Source: Zygnema circumcarinatum SAG 698-1b
Lineage: Eukaryota; Plantae; Zygnematophyceae
NCBI GenBank assembly: GCA_037447605.1
Contig: CM074814.1
Coordinates: 496,001-560,000, forward strand
Direction: 5' to 3'
Length of the DNA stretch: 64,000 nt
In this document: one piece after another, positions 1-13,000 of the stretch
Position numbering within the stretch: the first letter of the stretch is position 1
Layout: every line of letters starts with the position of its first letter
The notes under the pieces: model-generated
The model's input: the letters and a program-made list of their open reading frames with translations, nothing else
What the model was told of the DNA's origin: nothing
The model's database searches: none
Translations under genes and position numbers: made by a program

Positions 1-1
1 G

Positions 2-1423
2 GGTTTCGCCACCTGGCGTTGGAACTGTCGCAACTGACATGTGACTGGCTAGCTCTGACAGAACTGCGGAGTAACTGAAAACGGAGGCATCGACAAGGAC
101 AATGTTGGAGAGCGCGCCAGCTGTCTCAAACCATCCGAAATCAGTAGCGAGCTTCTGGAGGGAGGCGGGAACTGGGGGAGGAGACGTTAGGGTCAACTGA
201 ACGGAGAACAGAACGGAGGCCATAGAACTCGCGAGCGCCTGGTCGATAAGGCAGGCTCTGTTTGGGAGTAGACCCAAGTCTCTCCACGTCAGCCCTACTA
301 ACCCTATTCCGGGAGAGGGTAGAGGGAGGTAGAAAGTGCTGATGGGTAATCTGTAAAGGAGAGAGCAGACTGCCTGTCCTAAGAAGGTGGCTAAAATCAC
401 TCCCACAAGCCCTAAAGGTAGAACAATCCCTCCCCATAGAGCAGCCCCTCCTGATAAAAGAACAGGGTCAGTTCGAAGGAGGGAATTCGCAAATATAATT
501 GTGGCAGAAAGAAATAATAGGAATATAGGGCCCTCTACAACAGGTGACGTCAGCTTTGCATCACGATAGGCCACTGAGCAGACAGGAATCTCGAACTCAT
601 CATCTTCCGCGAGCATCAAAACAAGCTCAGGGAAACGCTCTCTCATCCGTTGATCTAGCTCCTGATATGCACGGTCAGGATCACCCGAAACCTCCCCATA
701 GAACCATCTCTCTCCCTCCATCCCTTCCTTCACAGCTGTCACTGAAAACGGGCTGCCCGAAAAAACTTCCTTTCTAAGCTCCCTCTCTAAAATCCAGTCC
801 ACCCTTTTGGCCTGCGAATTGCAGTCTGAAACTGCATCCCCAAAAAGGTCTCCAAGTTTTGCAAGAAGGAGAGTATGAGAGCGTTCTACCGACCACTCAG
901 TCACCCTCTTCCCATCTACATCATACCAAGGAATAGACTGCAATATGTCGGAATCTGTTATTCCCTGCAAGACTATGGACCCAACTTGCTTCATTACCTC
1001 GTTGAAATCGATATCACCGGCTATGAATGCATCGATTGCATCTGCAAACATCTCCGTATACAGGTCTGCGGGATCTCTATCGGTTTCCATTATCTCGGCC
1101 GCATCATATATGGGTTCTCTCTCACTCCCTCTCTCCCCTTCCTCCTGCTTCGGATTGCTCGCTCCTTCACTCCCTCCTCCCTCCTGAGCCCAAACCCTAA
1201 AATCGGACCCCTCCCTCCTTCGATGCAGGCATCCAATATTCGCAAAGCGATCTATGAATTTCTGATTCTTTTTGGATATCTTGATGGGTTTCTTGATCAG
1301 CATAGACTTCACAGTTCCAGAAGACGAACTTGTAAAGGAATTTCCAACCCTAACTGATGCATGTAGAGGGTCCCATTTGGGAGGACAAGTCACAAGGAGT
1401 GATAAGCGGTCGCATGCTGCCAT
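2..1423 (-). CDS. EGY-like (M50 family) plastid membrane protease homolog with a degenerate zinc site; 3' end runs off the window
   Basis: Hand translation gives a stop-free, intronless frame of 474 codons from ATG 1423 to base 2. It starts with a Ser/Lys/Arg-rich transit-like N-terminus, followed by EGY-like blocks ELRKEVFSGSPFSVTAV, FYGEVSGDPDRAYQELDQRMRERF, TM segments and LLPNRACLIDQALAS (cf. PNRKALFDIA). It is absent from the ORF track, presumably because no stop lies inside the window. Confidence 0.8.
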   Translation of the reverse strand, partial: MAACDRLSLLVTCPPKWDPLHASVRVGNSFTSSSSGTVKSMLIKKPIKISKKNQKFIDRFANIGCLHRRREGSDFRVWAQEGGGSEGASNPKQEEGERGSEREPIYDAAEIMETDRDPADLYTEMFADAIDAFIAGDIDFNEVMKQVGSIVLQGITDSDILQSIPWYDVDGKRVTEWSVERSHTLLLAKLGDLFGDAVSDCNSQAKRVDWILERELRKEVFSGSPFSVTAVKEGMEGERWFYGEVSGDPDRAYQELDQRMRERFPELVLMLAEDDEFEIPVCSVAYRDAKLTSPVVEGPIFLLFLSATIIFANSLLRTDPVLLSGGAALWGGIVLPLGLVGVILATFLGQAVCSLLYRLPISTFYLPLPSPGIGLVGLTWRDLGLLPNRACLIDQALASSMASVLFSVQLTLTSPPPVPASLQKLATDFGWFETAGALSNIVLVDASVFSYSAVLSELASHMSVATVPTPGGET

Positions 1424-3864
1424 GGCTTCTCTCTCCAAAACTCCTTCAATTTAAATCATAATATATTCAGAATATCTTGAAAAGACGAATGTATTGAACT
1501 TGGAACTCAAAGCTTGCTGGGATAGGAAAGGTATCCAAAAGCTGAAGAGCACAGAACAAACACAAACGGTGTGTTCTGAATGAGAAGCCGGAGAGAAATG
1601 TGTTGAAGACGAATATAAACCATGCCAAAGAAAGTCTTTAAAAAAAGGTAAAGAGAAAAGAATAAGAAAACGTGAGACAACGGAAAACAAAGAGAAAGAA
1701 AAATTCTGCTCAGAGAAACGAAAGGTAAAAAATCACAGTCAAGGGAAAGAACATCCATTGAGCAGTGTCGATCACATCATTGAAGGTTGCTAGTAATCTC
1801 TCTCCCAATTCAACCTCTCATGAATGGTTTTCTGTGACAATCCAATCCCAGAATTGACGTCCTTACCATTCCCCGCACACTACTCTCTCCTCCTCACCCT
1901 CTTCAACTCTTACCATCTCCCATTGCTCTGACGCTCCCTTTCTCCCTCCCCCCTTCCCTCCTTTCGTCCTTCCCTCCCTCCCTCTCTGCCTCCCTCCCTC
2001 CCTTCCTCCCTCCCTCCCTGCCTCCCTCCCTCCCTCCTTGACTCCCTCCCTCCCTGCCTCCCTCCCCCCCTCCCATTCCCTTCACCCGTCTATCAGTGAA
2101 CCATCTATCTCTACCACTTCCCCCCCATCTGTACATCTTCTTGTTCCCTCCCCACTACTGTCGCTCCCTCTCCCTCCCTTTCTCCTCCTCCTCTCCTTCC
2201 TGTTCACCACCTTTACTCACGCCTCCGCTGTCTCTCCGCAGCTTCCCACTCCCTCCCTCCCTCTTTCCGCCTCTTCCTCCTCCCTCCCTCCCTCCTCACC
2301 CTGCGCTACTCCCCCCTCACATGCTGTGAACCATTCACAGAATCTGCCCATAATACTTCTCAAATTCTCACAATGTATGTACATCACTTCTATCATATCA
2401 TTTAGGTCCCCATCATCATCATCATCACCATGCATCATCACATACATCAACCATGAGAAGGGAGAGAGCGCGCACCTCAACCCACAAAATTTCAAACCCT
2501 AAATCGGCTCAGCAGAAGAGAAGTCGAAGGAAAACACTAATCCTTAACGTCTCGCCTTCGTCTTTTAAGGAAGCCCAGTTCCATGTGTAAAATTCCGTAA
2601 CAGTTAGCAGTTCTAGCGCAAATTCCCGCTTGAGCGCTCAACAAGAACACGGAACAGCGGTTTCATGAAAAGGAGGTCGAGAGTTCGAGTCTCAGCACCG
2701 TCAACAAAGGATACTTCCATGACCCACAGTTCCCAGTTCCGTAAACTGAGCTTCTAAACTGCTCTCATAAAAATATTCCTCCCCTGAACCCTCGCCACTC
2801 GTGGTTTCATCCAAGCGTTCGAGCGTTCGAGCGTTCCAAGCGTTCGAGCGTTCCAAGCCTTCGAGTCTCAACTTTAGCAAAACCCTAATCTTTTCGAACT
2901 TTATGAAATTAGTCCTCCTCCATTACCGTACAGACTGTACGGTCAATCTATCCAGCAAATGGGGATCTGCCACGTGTAATTTTCAACACGAGACGAGTTC
3001 TGATTAGTAGAGCCCTCCCCCCCTTGTAAGGCCCAAAGGGAGGAGGGCCGAGAGCGAAGCAGGCAGTCCCCCCCCCGTGCTCCCTCTCCCTCCCTCCCTC
3101 CCTCCCTCTCTCCCTCCCTCCCTCCCTCCGCCGTGAGAGCCCGCAGTGGCCTGGGGGGGGCCTGCATCGCGGGGCGCCATTAGTCCACATTCTTCTTATT
3201 TTTTATTCAAATTTGTGAAAAATTATTGCTGGGTGGCAATTTTGGGGTGTTGGGGTTTTGTAAATTTTAGGGTTTGGGTGGTCTGTCGGACAACGGAGCG
3301 CAATTGCGTTCTCAGTTTAGGCTGCAGAGGCGGAGGAGAAGCGGGAGGGGGGGAAGGGGAGAGAGAGGGAGACAGGGAGAGAGAAGGAAAGAGGGCGAGC
3401 TCCAACCTTAGCGAAAGTAAAGCTGTAAATAAGAGAGAGAGAGGGAGAGAAAATTGTACATAAGAGAGAGAGAGAGAGAGAGGAATAAATCGTGACACAG
3501 CTTGTACGAGAGAGGTAAAAAGCGGGAGAGTGAGGAGAGTGTGAACAGATAACGAGAGTACGAGAGAGAAGGACAGAGGAGGGACAAGGACAGAGGGAGA
3601 GAGGGAGAGAGAGAGAGAGAGCGAGCGAGATAGAGAGTGGGAGAGTGACAGAAGGACAGAGGGAGAGTGGGAGGAGAGCGAGCGAGATAGAGAGAGGGAG
3701 AGAGGGCGAGCGCGAGAGCGAGAGAGAAAGAGCGGGGGAGAGAGAGGGAGAGGCAGAGAAGGGGAGAGCGAGCGAGAGAGAGAGAGAGGCGGAGGCAGAG
3801 AGAGGGAGAGCGAGCGAGAGAGAGAGAGGGAGAGAGGGAGAGCGAGCGAGAGTGAGAGAGAGAG

Positions 3865-4909
3865 ATGGCGAGTGCCCGGGCCCAGGTCCCTCTTGTCTGC
3901 CACGGCCACTCCCGCCCGATCGTTGGGCTCTCGTACTCGCCCGTCACAGAGGACGGCTTCTTCCTCATCAGCGCCAGCAAGGGCACGCTCGCAACCCTAA
4001 ATATAGTATAATATAATTAATTAATAATTAATATATGGACGGAATCCTCAACCCTAAAATTTGAACTTGAATTCCAGGCTCCAGGCTCCAGGCTTTAAAT
4101 CTTAAACGTCAACCCTATATGTCCGGAATGCTAAACCTTGAAAGACCATATACCTCTATATTTGAGTAAATTGGAGTCTCTTAATCTTGAAATTTAAATT
4201 GCTAGAAGCGTATAGGAAACTTTGGTGTAGTAAAACCTAAATCATGTTTGCTTGAATCCTGAAAGGTAGACCCTTTTGAGATTAAGCCTTGATTTCTAGT
4301 CCGTACTAAACCGAAAACCCCAGATTTTTGGATCGTATAATTTTGAAATCTGTGGAATTGGCGAGAGCCCAAAAATTTGAAGGTTTTCACCAAACCTTGA
4401 AACACAGGATTGTGAAACACGTAATCCCCATAAGCCCCAATTAAGCTCTTTGAAATCTAGAAATTTCAGATCATATTCTCCTACTCCCAATTCTCAAATT
4501 TAGGGTTTGAATCTAGATATTGAAGGTAGATTCTGCATAGTTTAGGACTTGATTTAGGGTTAAGGAAAACCCTAATTCCAATCAAACTCTCCGAAGGGTT
4601 TTAATTTCATTTTGAGCCCGTTTACCTCTTTCAGAAATAATGCCATTCCTGGATCCAATTCCGGTTCATTATTTGCCATTTATTTTCCCCTCCTTTTTCC
4701 TTTTCTTTGAGATTTTTGTTTTCCTTTGCGCTTACGTTTTCCACATTTCTATGCAGATGGAAAACCGATGCTGCGCAACGGAGAAACTGGCGACTGGATT
4801 GGAACCTTTGAAGGGCACAAAGGAGCGGTGTGGGGGGCCTGCCTCAACACGCCTGCGCTGCTCGCAGCCACTGCCTCAGCAGACTTCAGCGCGTGAGTGT
4901 GGAGAGAGG

Positions 4910-4942
<33 letters not shown>

Positions 4943-7134
4943 GGAAGAGGGGGAAGTAGGAAGGGGAAGGCGAGGGGGAGTGGACGTTCAGAGGGACAGA
5001 GAGGGAGAAAAGGAGAGAGAGGGTGAAAGAGAGGGAGAGAGAGAGAGGGAGAACGAGAGGGAGAAAAAGAGGGAGAGAGAGGGGAAGGGGGAAGTGGGAG
5101 GGGGAAGGGGAAGGGGGAGTGGACGTTGAGAGGGACAGAGAGGGAGAAAAGGGGAGAGAGGGATAAAGGGGAGAGAGGGATAAAGGGAGGCAGAGAGAGA
5201 GAGGGTGAAAGAGAGGGAGAGAAAGAGAGGGAGAAAGAGGGGGATGGGGAAGGGGGAGAGGGAAGGGGAAGGGGGAGTGGACGTTGAGAGGGACAGAGAG
5301 AGAAAAGGAGAGAGAGGGATAAAGGGAGAGAGAGAGAGAAAAGCGAGAGAGAAAGAGAGGGAGAGAACCAGAAGGGGGGAGAGGAACGGGGAGAGAACAC
5401 ATTGTGGTGACTGGTTTAGAGGATTTCTTAGTATGTACTTGAAGAGGTAAGTGGATTGAAGTTTTTTTTTGGGTTCAATTTTTGGGGCTTTGGGGTGTGC
5501 GCGGAGCAGAGGAGTGTGGGATGCGCTCACAGGGGACCAACTGCACTTGTTTGAACATCGCCACATCGTGCGCTCGGTGGATTTTTCGCAGGTCTCTCTC
5601 TCTCCCTCTCGCCCTCTCTCTCCCCCTCTCTCTCTCTTTCTTTCTCTCTCTCTCTCTCTTCTTCCGCGTTTTCACTCTCATCCTCTCTCACCCTCTCTCA
5701 TTTGCCTCTCCCCCTCACCCCTCCTTGCCTTTTCTTTCCCACTCTCCCTCTTCATCTCCCCCCCCCCCTTCCCCCCCTCCCCAACATTTTCCCACTTAAT
5801 TTCAGCCTCAGATGTGAGATGTCTTAAAAAATGTGCTCTAGTCCCCTCAGGGTTTTATATTCCCCTTTTTTTTTTTTTTCCTCCTCGCAGGATTCCAATT
5901 ATCTCCTGACTGCCGGACACGAAAAAGTTTTGCGAATTTTCAGTTTGGAGCGAACTGACACGGAACCGACCGTGATAGAGGGAATGCATGGATCGATCCG
6001 CTGCGCTATCTACTCAGATAACGACAAACTCATTCTCAGCTCTCTCGTCGACTCGGGCGGAGTCAAGTGAGATTCTCTCTCTCTTCCTCCCCCTCTCCCT
6101 CCCTCCCTCCCTCTTGTTTCCCTCTCTGCAAGTCCTCCTCTCTCCCCCACCCCCTCTCTCTCTATTTTTCTCTCTCTCTCTCCCTCGCACTCACTCTCTC
6201 CCTACTCCTTTCTCTGCCCCCCCCTTCCCTCCCTGCCTCCCTCTCTTCCTCCCTCCCTCGCCCTCTCACCCTCTGCCCTTTCTCCCTCTCGCCCCCATCC
6301 CCGCTCTCTCTCTCTCTTTCTCTCTCTCTCCCTCTCTCTCGCCCCGCCCTTCCGTCCTTCCTCTCTTCCTCCCTCCCCCTCTCTCTCTCTCTCTCTCTCN
6401 NNNNNNNNNCCTCTCCCTCTCCCTCTCCCTCTCCCTCTCCCTCTCCCTCACCATGTTGGAGGGTGCAGGATATGGGACGTCCGCAGTCAGCAGATCGTGA
6501 AGACGCTCGAGACCAAGTCCTCCTGCACCAGCGTGGAAGTTTCGCGCGACGGACGTTACGTCACCACAGCGGACGGAAACGAAGTCAAATTTTGGGACAC
6601 AAATGGGTACGGAAACCCTAAAAACCCTAACAACCCATAGAGGGAGGGAGGGAGAGGGAGAGGGAGAGAGAGGCAGAGTGGGGAAAAGAGAGAGTGGGGG
6701 GCGGGGAGGGGGGGGGAAGGGAGACGAGAGGGGAAGGGAGTAAGAGCAGTGGGCGAGAGGGCGGGAGAGGGAGGGAGGAAGGGAGGGAGGGAGAGCGGGA
6801 GGAGGGAGAGAGTGAGGGAACCCTTGCAGCTCTACATCTCGCCGATGTCACGCCACTAACATCCCTATACCTTCAAATAAAGCAAAAATCTCTGAAGAAA
6901 GAAAGAAACGAAAAAACGAAACCGTCTATGTCCCCTTTGTTCGGGGGTTATTTGAACTGTTCTATGCTGCGGTTCCCTGTTACAGTTTCGGTCTCGTGCG
7001 GAGCTTCCCCTTCCCTCGGCCGGTGGTGGAGTCCGCCTCTCTCTGTCCCTCCATTGGTCGATTTGTGGCGGGAGGGGCCGACATGTGGGTGCGGCTCTAC
7101 GACTTCGAAACTGGAGCGGAACTCGGTGCTCCCT

Positions 7135-7204
<70 letters not shown>

Positions 7205-7919
7205 CTCCCGCTTTCTCTCTCTATCGCTCTATCCCTTTTACCCATCCCTCCCTCTCCCCTCCCCCACTGTCCTTCTCCTTCGCACTCTTATCTCCTTTCC
7301 CTCTCGATCTTGCTCTCCCTCTCATCCAATCCCTTCCACTCCCGCGTCTCATCCCCTTCCTCTGTCCCACTCCCTTTCCGCCCATTTTCCCCTCACCTCC
7401 CTCTCTCTCCCTCTATCCCTCCTTCCTCTCCCCTCCGTTTCCCTCTCCCTCTCACCCTCTCTCGCTATATTGCCGTCCATAACTATCGTCCCCACGAGCT
7501 TCTCCCTATCTCTCCCACTGCCTTTTCTCCCTCTCCCTCTCCCTCTCCCTCTCTCTCTCTCTCTCCCTCTCATCCTGTCCCTCCATTGCCCTCTCTCTCT
7601 TCCCACAGGCTGCCACAAGGGCCACCATGGCCCCGTCCACTGCATCCGCTTTGCTCCGGGCGGCGACTCCTACGCCTCCGGATCGGAAGATGGGACGATT
7701 CGAATTTGGAGGACTGCGGGAGAGGAGGGGGAGGTGGTAGTGGGAGGAGGAGGAGGAGGAGGGGGAGGGGGGGGAGGGGTGGGAGAGGGAGGGAGTGGGC
7801 TGTCGGCGCCTGTGAGAGTGAGCGCAGAAGAAGTGGGCCAAAAGATTGAGGGCTTCCACATATCCAATGATGCTTTTCCCTCCCTAAGGGATGTTGCTCA
7901 AGGGAATGGGTTTAAGTGA
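3865..7919 (+). CDS. STRAP: Serine-threonine kinase receptor-associated protein (STRAP/UNRIP-like WD40), 7 exons
   Basis: Exons 3865-3982, 4757-4892, 5510-5591, 5891-6066, 6469-6606, 6986-7125, 7609-7919 splice in frame. Product: [13 protein letters not shown]...[30 protein letters not shown]...[15 protein letters not shown]...[34 protein letters not shown]. Intron 1 has a GC donor. Confidence 0.95.
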
Positions 7920-8581
7920 TGTGGGTAGGGCTCAGAATTAGGAACTATTGGCGCCTTGTTGTGGATGCTCATGTACCATGATGATGAGAAGTCCCTTGAT
8001 GGAGAGAGGTCATGGATGGGTCATGGGATGGGTATGGCTGTATGGGGATGTGGTGATGGTATGGCCCTATGGGTCGGTTTACCCATGGCGCGTGGAATAT
8101 GGACATAACAGCCTCCATGTGATCAGTTGTGGTAAAAGAGATGTGGCATTGATTTCACCATGGCGATGAAGCCATCAAAAGTTCATGGACAAACTCAGCA
8201 TGACGGGGAACCACGAGAAACTGGTCGCAAAGGACCTAAGCACAAAAGGAAAACAGATATCTAAAGTTTTCGATGTATGGTGAAGTTGCGGCCCTAAGTA
8301 ACGTTAGGCTACTAAAAACGACACATGGACCGGCTAATTAGCGTTTAACCATTTCCAGTTGACGTTTTTCTCATTCCATGTAACAGCTCAGTTGCAGTCA
8401 CAGTTCGTTTGTGCTGCATGTGTATCAGTTCTGGCAAGCACATTACTTCATCGAGCACTTAAACTGTACCGAGAGCTCATATGACTTTAGCGGGGAACGC
8501 TTCCCCTCCAGAATTAAAAGGAATAAAGGATCCCCAACGCGGAAGGAGCGAGAAGTGGAAACCCTAATTCTAGGGGCAGCC

Positions 8582-9481
8582 ATGGCGGCCTCCGAGCAGG
8601 AGCTCCTTCCTTCCCTTCCCTCCTTCGAGCTCCTCCAGCTGACACGTGGCAGCTGCTTTCCCTCTGTCGCCATCCTCCGCCTCTCCCGCCCCGCGCAGCG
8701 CAACGCCCTCACTCCCGCCATGCTGCTCGACCTGCAGGCCGCCATGGCTGCCCTGGACTCGGACCCGTCCGTACGAGTAGTGCTTCTAGAAGCTTCTGGA
8801 AGGCATTTCTGCGCCGGTATTGACGTGGCATGCCTGGCAGAGCTCACCCTCAGCTCTAATTCGGGTGGGAGAGGGATTGGGAGAGTGGGGGAGAGGGAGA
8901 GGGAGTGCGAAGGGAGGAGGAGAGAGAAGCTCCGGCGGGACATTCTCACCATGCAGGAAGCGATATCTTCGATAGAGAAGACTCGGAAACCCGTAATTGC
9001 AGCGATTCACGGCAGCTGTATTGGGGCTGGAGTGGATTTAATTGCAGCTTGTGATATAAGATATTGTACAAAAGATGCAGAATTTTCTATTAAGGAGGTA
9101 GACATGGCTCTAGCTGCAGATTTTGGGGTTTTGCAGAGGCTTCCAAGGTTAGTGGGAGAGGGAAACGCGAGAGAGCTCGCTTTAACAGGGAGGAGTTTTG
9201 GCGGGGAGGAGGCAAAGAAATTAGGGTTAGTGCAGGGAGTGTATGGAAGCGAGGAGGAGATGAGAGAGGGAGCGATGCAGGTGGCGACGGCGATCGCTGC
9301 GAAGTCTCCGTTAGCGGTAACGGGAACTAAGGCGGTGCTTCTCCATGCGCGCGATCACTCCGTTGCCGACGGCCTGGACTATGTGGCCACATGGAACAGC
9401 GCGACTCTCGTTTCGGAGGATATGAGAGAGGTAATGGCGGCACGGAGGGAGAGGAGGGCTCCACAGTTTGCTCGGTTGTGA
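8582..9481 (+). CDS. DCI1: Peroxisomal delta(3,5)-delta(2,4)-dienoyl-CoA isomerase (crotonase family), intronless
   Basis: Motifs GRHFCAGID, RKPVIAAIHGSCIGAGVDLIAACDIRYC, KEVDMALAADFGVLQRLP and DGLDYVATWNS; C-terminal ARL is a PTS1. The likely ATG is 8582; the ORF track starts upstream at a non-ATG codon. Confidence 0.9.
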   Translation: MAASEQELLPSLPSFELLQLTRGSCFPSVAILRLSRPAQRNALTPAMLLDLQAAMAALDSDPSVRVVLLEASGRHFCAGIDVACLAELTLSSNSGGRGIGRVGERERECEGRRREKLRRDILTMQEAISSIEKTRKPVIAAIHGSCIGAGVDLIAACDIRYCTKDAEFSIKEVDMALAADFGVLQRLPRLVGEGNARELALTGRSFGGEEAKKLGLVQGVYGSEEEMREGAMQVATAIAAKSPLAVTGTKAVLLHARDHSVADGLDYVATWNSATLVSEDMREVMAARRERRAPQFARL

Positions 9482-10079
9482 GAGAGGGAGAGGGAGAGGG
9501 AGAGGGAGAGAGAGGGAGGGAGAGGGAGAGGGAAAGGGGGTTAGAGGGCAAGGGAACGAAAGGGAATGGAAGTGAGACGGGTAGAGAGGGGAACGAGAGA
9601 GAGAGAGAGAGATATGTAGAGAGAGAGGGAGAGATGAAAGGAGGAGGGGGAGGGAAGCAGAAGAGAGGTGGCCTCCAAGACGTCTGGAGGTTTTTGGAGT
9701 TTTGGAGAATTTCATTTTTTGAAGTTTTTTTGGAATAGGGTTGACACGAAACCTTGTATTTTCAAGCACTTGGAGGGTAGAGTTCAGAGCCCTGTGAATA
9801 TTGTACATTAGGACTGGAGCTGGAGGTCCTTTCTCTCCCTCCTCCCTCTCTCCCACCCTCATCTTTTCTGCGAAAAAGCGCCCGAGCTGTTGGATTAGAG
9901 AGGGAGATCGATTTTTTTCGGGTTTTTAGGGATTGAGAAAGGGACTCAACCTTTCCGCCCCTCCTCACCCCTGTGTTTTCCTTTCAATTTTTCGCGGATA
10001 GTTGTATTTCTAGTTCCATGGCGAATTTTGAAAAGCTGTTTTTGTTTCTGTTTCTGTACAGTTTCGTATGTGAACTCAT

Positions 10080-13000
10080 TCAAATGATGTCGGCCTCTGT
10101 CTCTCTCCGTCCCACTCCCTCTCCCTCTCCCTTTCCCACTACTTCTTCCACTACATCTGCAACTCTCACTCCCTCTCCCTCTCCCTCGCCAATCTCTCCC
10201 TCCCCATCTCCCTCTCCCTCTCCCTCTCCTATCTCTCCCTCTCTCTCTCCTATCTCTCCCTTTCCCTCTCTTATATCTTTCTCAATTCCCACAAGCAACC
10301 TCCCCTTTTCTAAACTTCCGTTTGAACCCTGAATTTTCAAAACCCGTGGTTTGCTACCAATCACATTGAACCACAAAAAATCGAACCTGGAAAATATATT
10401 ACAGATCTGCACAACCCCACTTAAGGGGAGAAACGGAAAGGATGGGAGCGGACCTGCTAAACAACTTCGAACCCTAAAACCCTATGTCCTAACCAAAAAA
10501 AAAAGCTTAACCTAAAACCACCCATTTTAGCTTCAAGCAGGTCACCCTTCTCCTGTCGAATCGGTCCGAAAAAATCCCCTAAATGTGAAAGAGGTCGGAA
10601 ATTGGGAAAACAAAGACTGCCCAACGGGCCGTTGAACGGGCAAACGGTCGGTTTCCATGTGAGATTCCGTTGCGAATTGCGTTGAATTTGAAGCAGGCCT
10701 TGGCATAGAAACCGTGTCCGAGTCGACCAATGAGGGGCCCACAAAAAAGGCCCTTAACCTTCGGAACTCCAACCAGCGAACCCTAAATGGACCTAAGCTC
10801 AAAAATCCGTAAAATAGTGCTAAAAATATGATCACATATCCGAATAAAAATCCGAAATTTGGGTACAAAGCCCATAAGTGGGGGGTGAAGGGGATCTCGG
10901 CGACAAAGAAATCATGGTCGGAGGTTTCCCTGCAGTTACATGGCCACCCAAACCATCTCTTTCAAAAAAAAAAAAACTAAAAAGAAAGAATGAATCTAAA
11001 TAAAAATTATTAAACCCATTCATCGTTAGTGACTGATTCAACGAAAGAAGTTTGTCGGATTTCAAGGATGGGGTGACGAGTAAATCCCTCCAGCTCCTCT
11101 TCTCTCTCCCCTTTCCTACCCCCCGCTGCCCCCCCTGTTCCCATTCCCTCTCTTCATTAACTCACTCCTCAACCACCTCCACCTCACCTTCCATCCCTTT
11201 ATATCTCACTCTTCCCCTCTNNNNNNNNNNAGCCTCTCCCTCCCCCTCCCCCCCACCTCCAGAGGCGGTACCGGCGGACGGCCGTAACGACGGCGGACAC
11301 TCCCACGGACGCGCAGCGGACGTATGTCACTCCGTTCTCGACGGCTCGAACGGAACGGCTCTCCATGTGAAGGGGCCCAACGGAGCCCCAGTCAAGGCCC
11401 GCCTCCAGCAGCACATCAACTCTGCATAGAACGTTCGAATATGTGGAAAATGTGTGTTATTGATAATACATATTAACTTCCAACATAGTTTTAATTATTT
11501 AGTGAATAAAAGAGTTCAATTTTTTTTCTTCTTCCAACATAGAATTTTTTTTTTTTTTTTTTCGCCCTCTCTCCCTCTCACCCTTTCACTCCGGCTTGCC
11601 GAATGAAGTCCGGAAACTCCATGTCAGTTCCGATCACCGTTCCCAGTCTGCCCAATGGCGTGTCGACAACTGGGAGATCGGCCACTCCCCTCACGACACG
11701 TGTCTCCATCGCAACCGTCGGATGCGCCTTCGTGTAATCGATCGCCACTTCTCCACAAGGATTAAAAACCACGAGTTTATTCATACTCGAGAATATTTCT
11801 CCTTTCCGGGTTCGGTTCAAAATTTTTAGATACGTGACCGCAATGTACGTGCCCAAAAAACATTCTCCTTCCGACCCAAAATTTCCAAGCGAAATTTTTG
11901 GATCCAAAAAATTTCCATTCTGTCCCTTTTCGAGGAGTCCTTGCTCATCTTTGGCTTCTCCGGAAACCTCACCTTCAAATTTCTTTCCGTTAAACGAAAT
12001 TTTTCGTACCTGCCCGAGAAATTCTTTTTCTTCCTTCTCTCCCTCTATGAGAGCTGCTGTCTCCGACCACATCACTAATCGATCTCCCGCAATGACTCTT
12101 TCCGCGGTTAAATTTAATAATTTTTTCAAATCTGGGCCGGCTTCCGCTTTCACAGCCACAATACATGACACAGAATTTAATTCATTTTTCATTTGGGGCT
12201 CTCCGAATTGGTAGGAACCACTCGGAAAATAAGCTTCCCGGGCACTGCCCAGAAGTACGGTCAGGAAAAAAATTATTCCACAGACCTTCACATGGGTTAT
12301 GTAGGGCACATCTTCGTCCCAAACTCTCACGTTCAAGCTGCCCGACTGCATTTCCTTTCGGAAAAGTTCGTCGTAAATTACTGCCGCGGTCCACGCCATA
12401 AAAAAAATTATTCCGTCTGCCCCGAAAAAAACCGCCGTGAGGATGATGGGCCGGAAGGGAGTCACAGTAATGGCCGGATTTCCGAAGGCTCCCAAAGGGG
12501 ACAGCTGGCAGCCAGGCATTGGTCAACAAGGTCAGACAAAAGTCAAGTTAAGTCAAAGGAGTCAAGAAGTTCTTCCTTCAGGAATTGGAATTGGCCCACT
12601 CTCCCCTCCTCCCCTACCCCTCCCTCCTCCTCAAATCCCTGCCCCTTCCCTCTCTCTCCCCCACTCCTCTGCCCTCTGCCCTTCCAACACCTCCACCCCC
12701 TTCCGCTCCCCTACCTCTCCCCCCCTCTCTCTCCCTCTCCCCCCCTCTCTCCCTCTCCCCCCCCCTCTCTCCCGCTCCCCCCATCTCTCTCTCGCCCTCT
12801 ATCTCTCCCTTTCCCACTGCGCTTTCCTCCCCCTCTCTCCCACACACAATGCCCATTCTGTCCCACATCCCCATCCTCACCCCCTCTCCTCCCNNNNNNN
12901 NNNCCCCCCCCCCCCCCCTTTTCAGAACCCTATCGCCTCCCTCCCCCTTGAACCCTAAACCCACCGCAGCCGCCAGCCGCCATCCCGCCGTCCAAACCAC

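Noticed and set aside
1451-3190. Short ORFs upstream of the EGY-like gene (e.g. 2217-2495 with a poly-Asp run) and GCGTTCGA repeats near 2810-2860
   Set aside because: No recognisable domain or splice chain; probably UTR or promoter sequence.
9973-10332. Signal-peptide-like, Ser/Pro-rich ORF resembling an arabinogalactan protein
   Set aside because: Antisense to the probable last exon of the Lnt-like gene, and the SP repeats are explained by CT-rich DNA. Not excluded without stranded RNA-seq.
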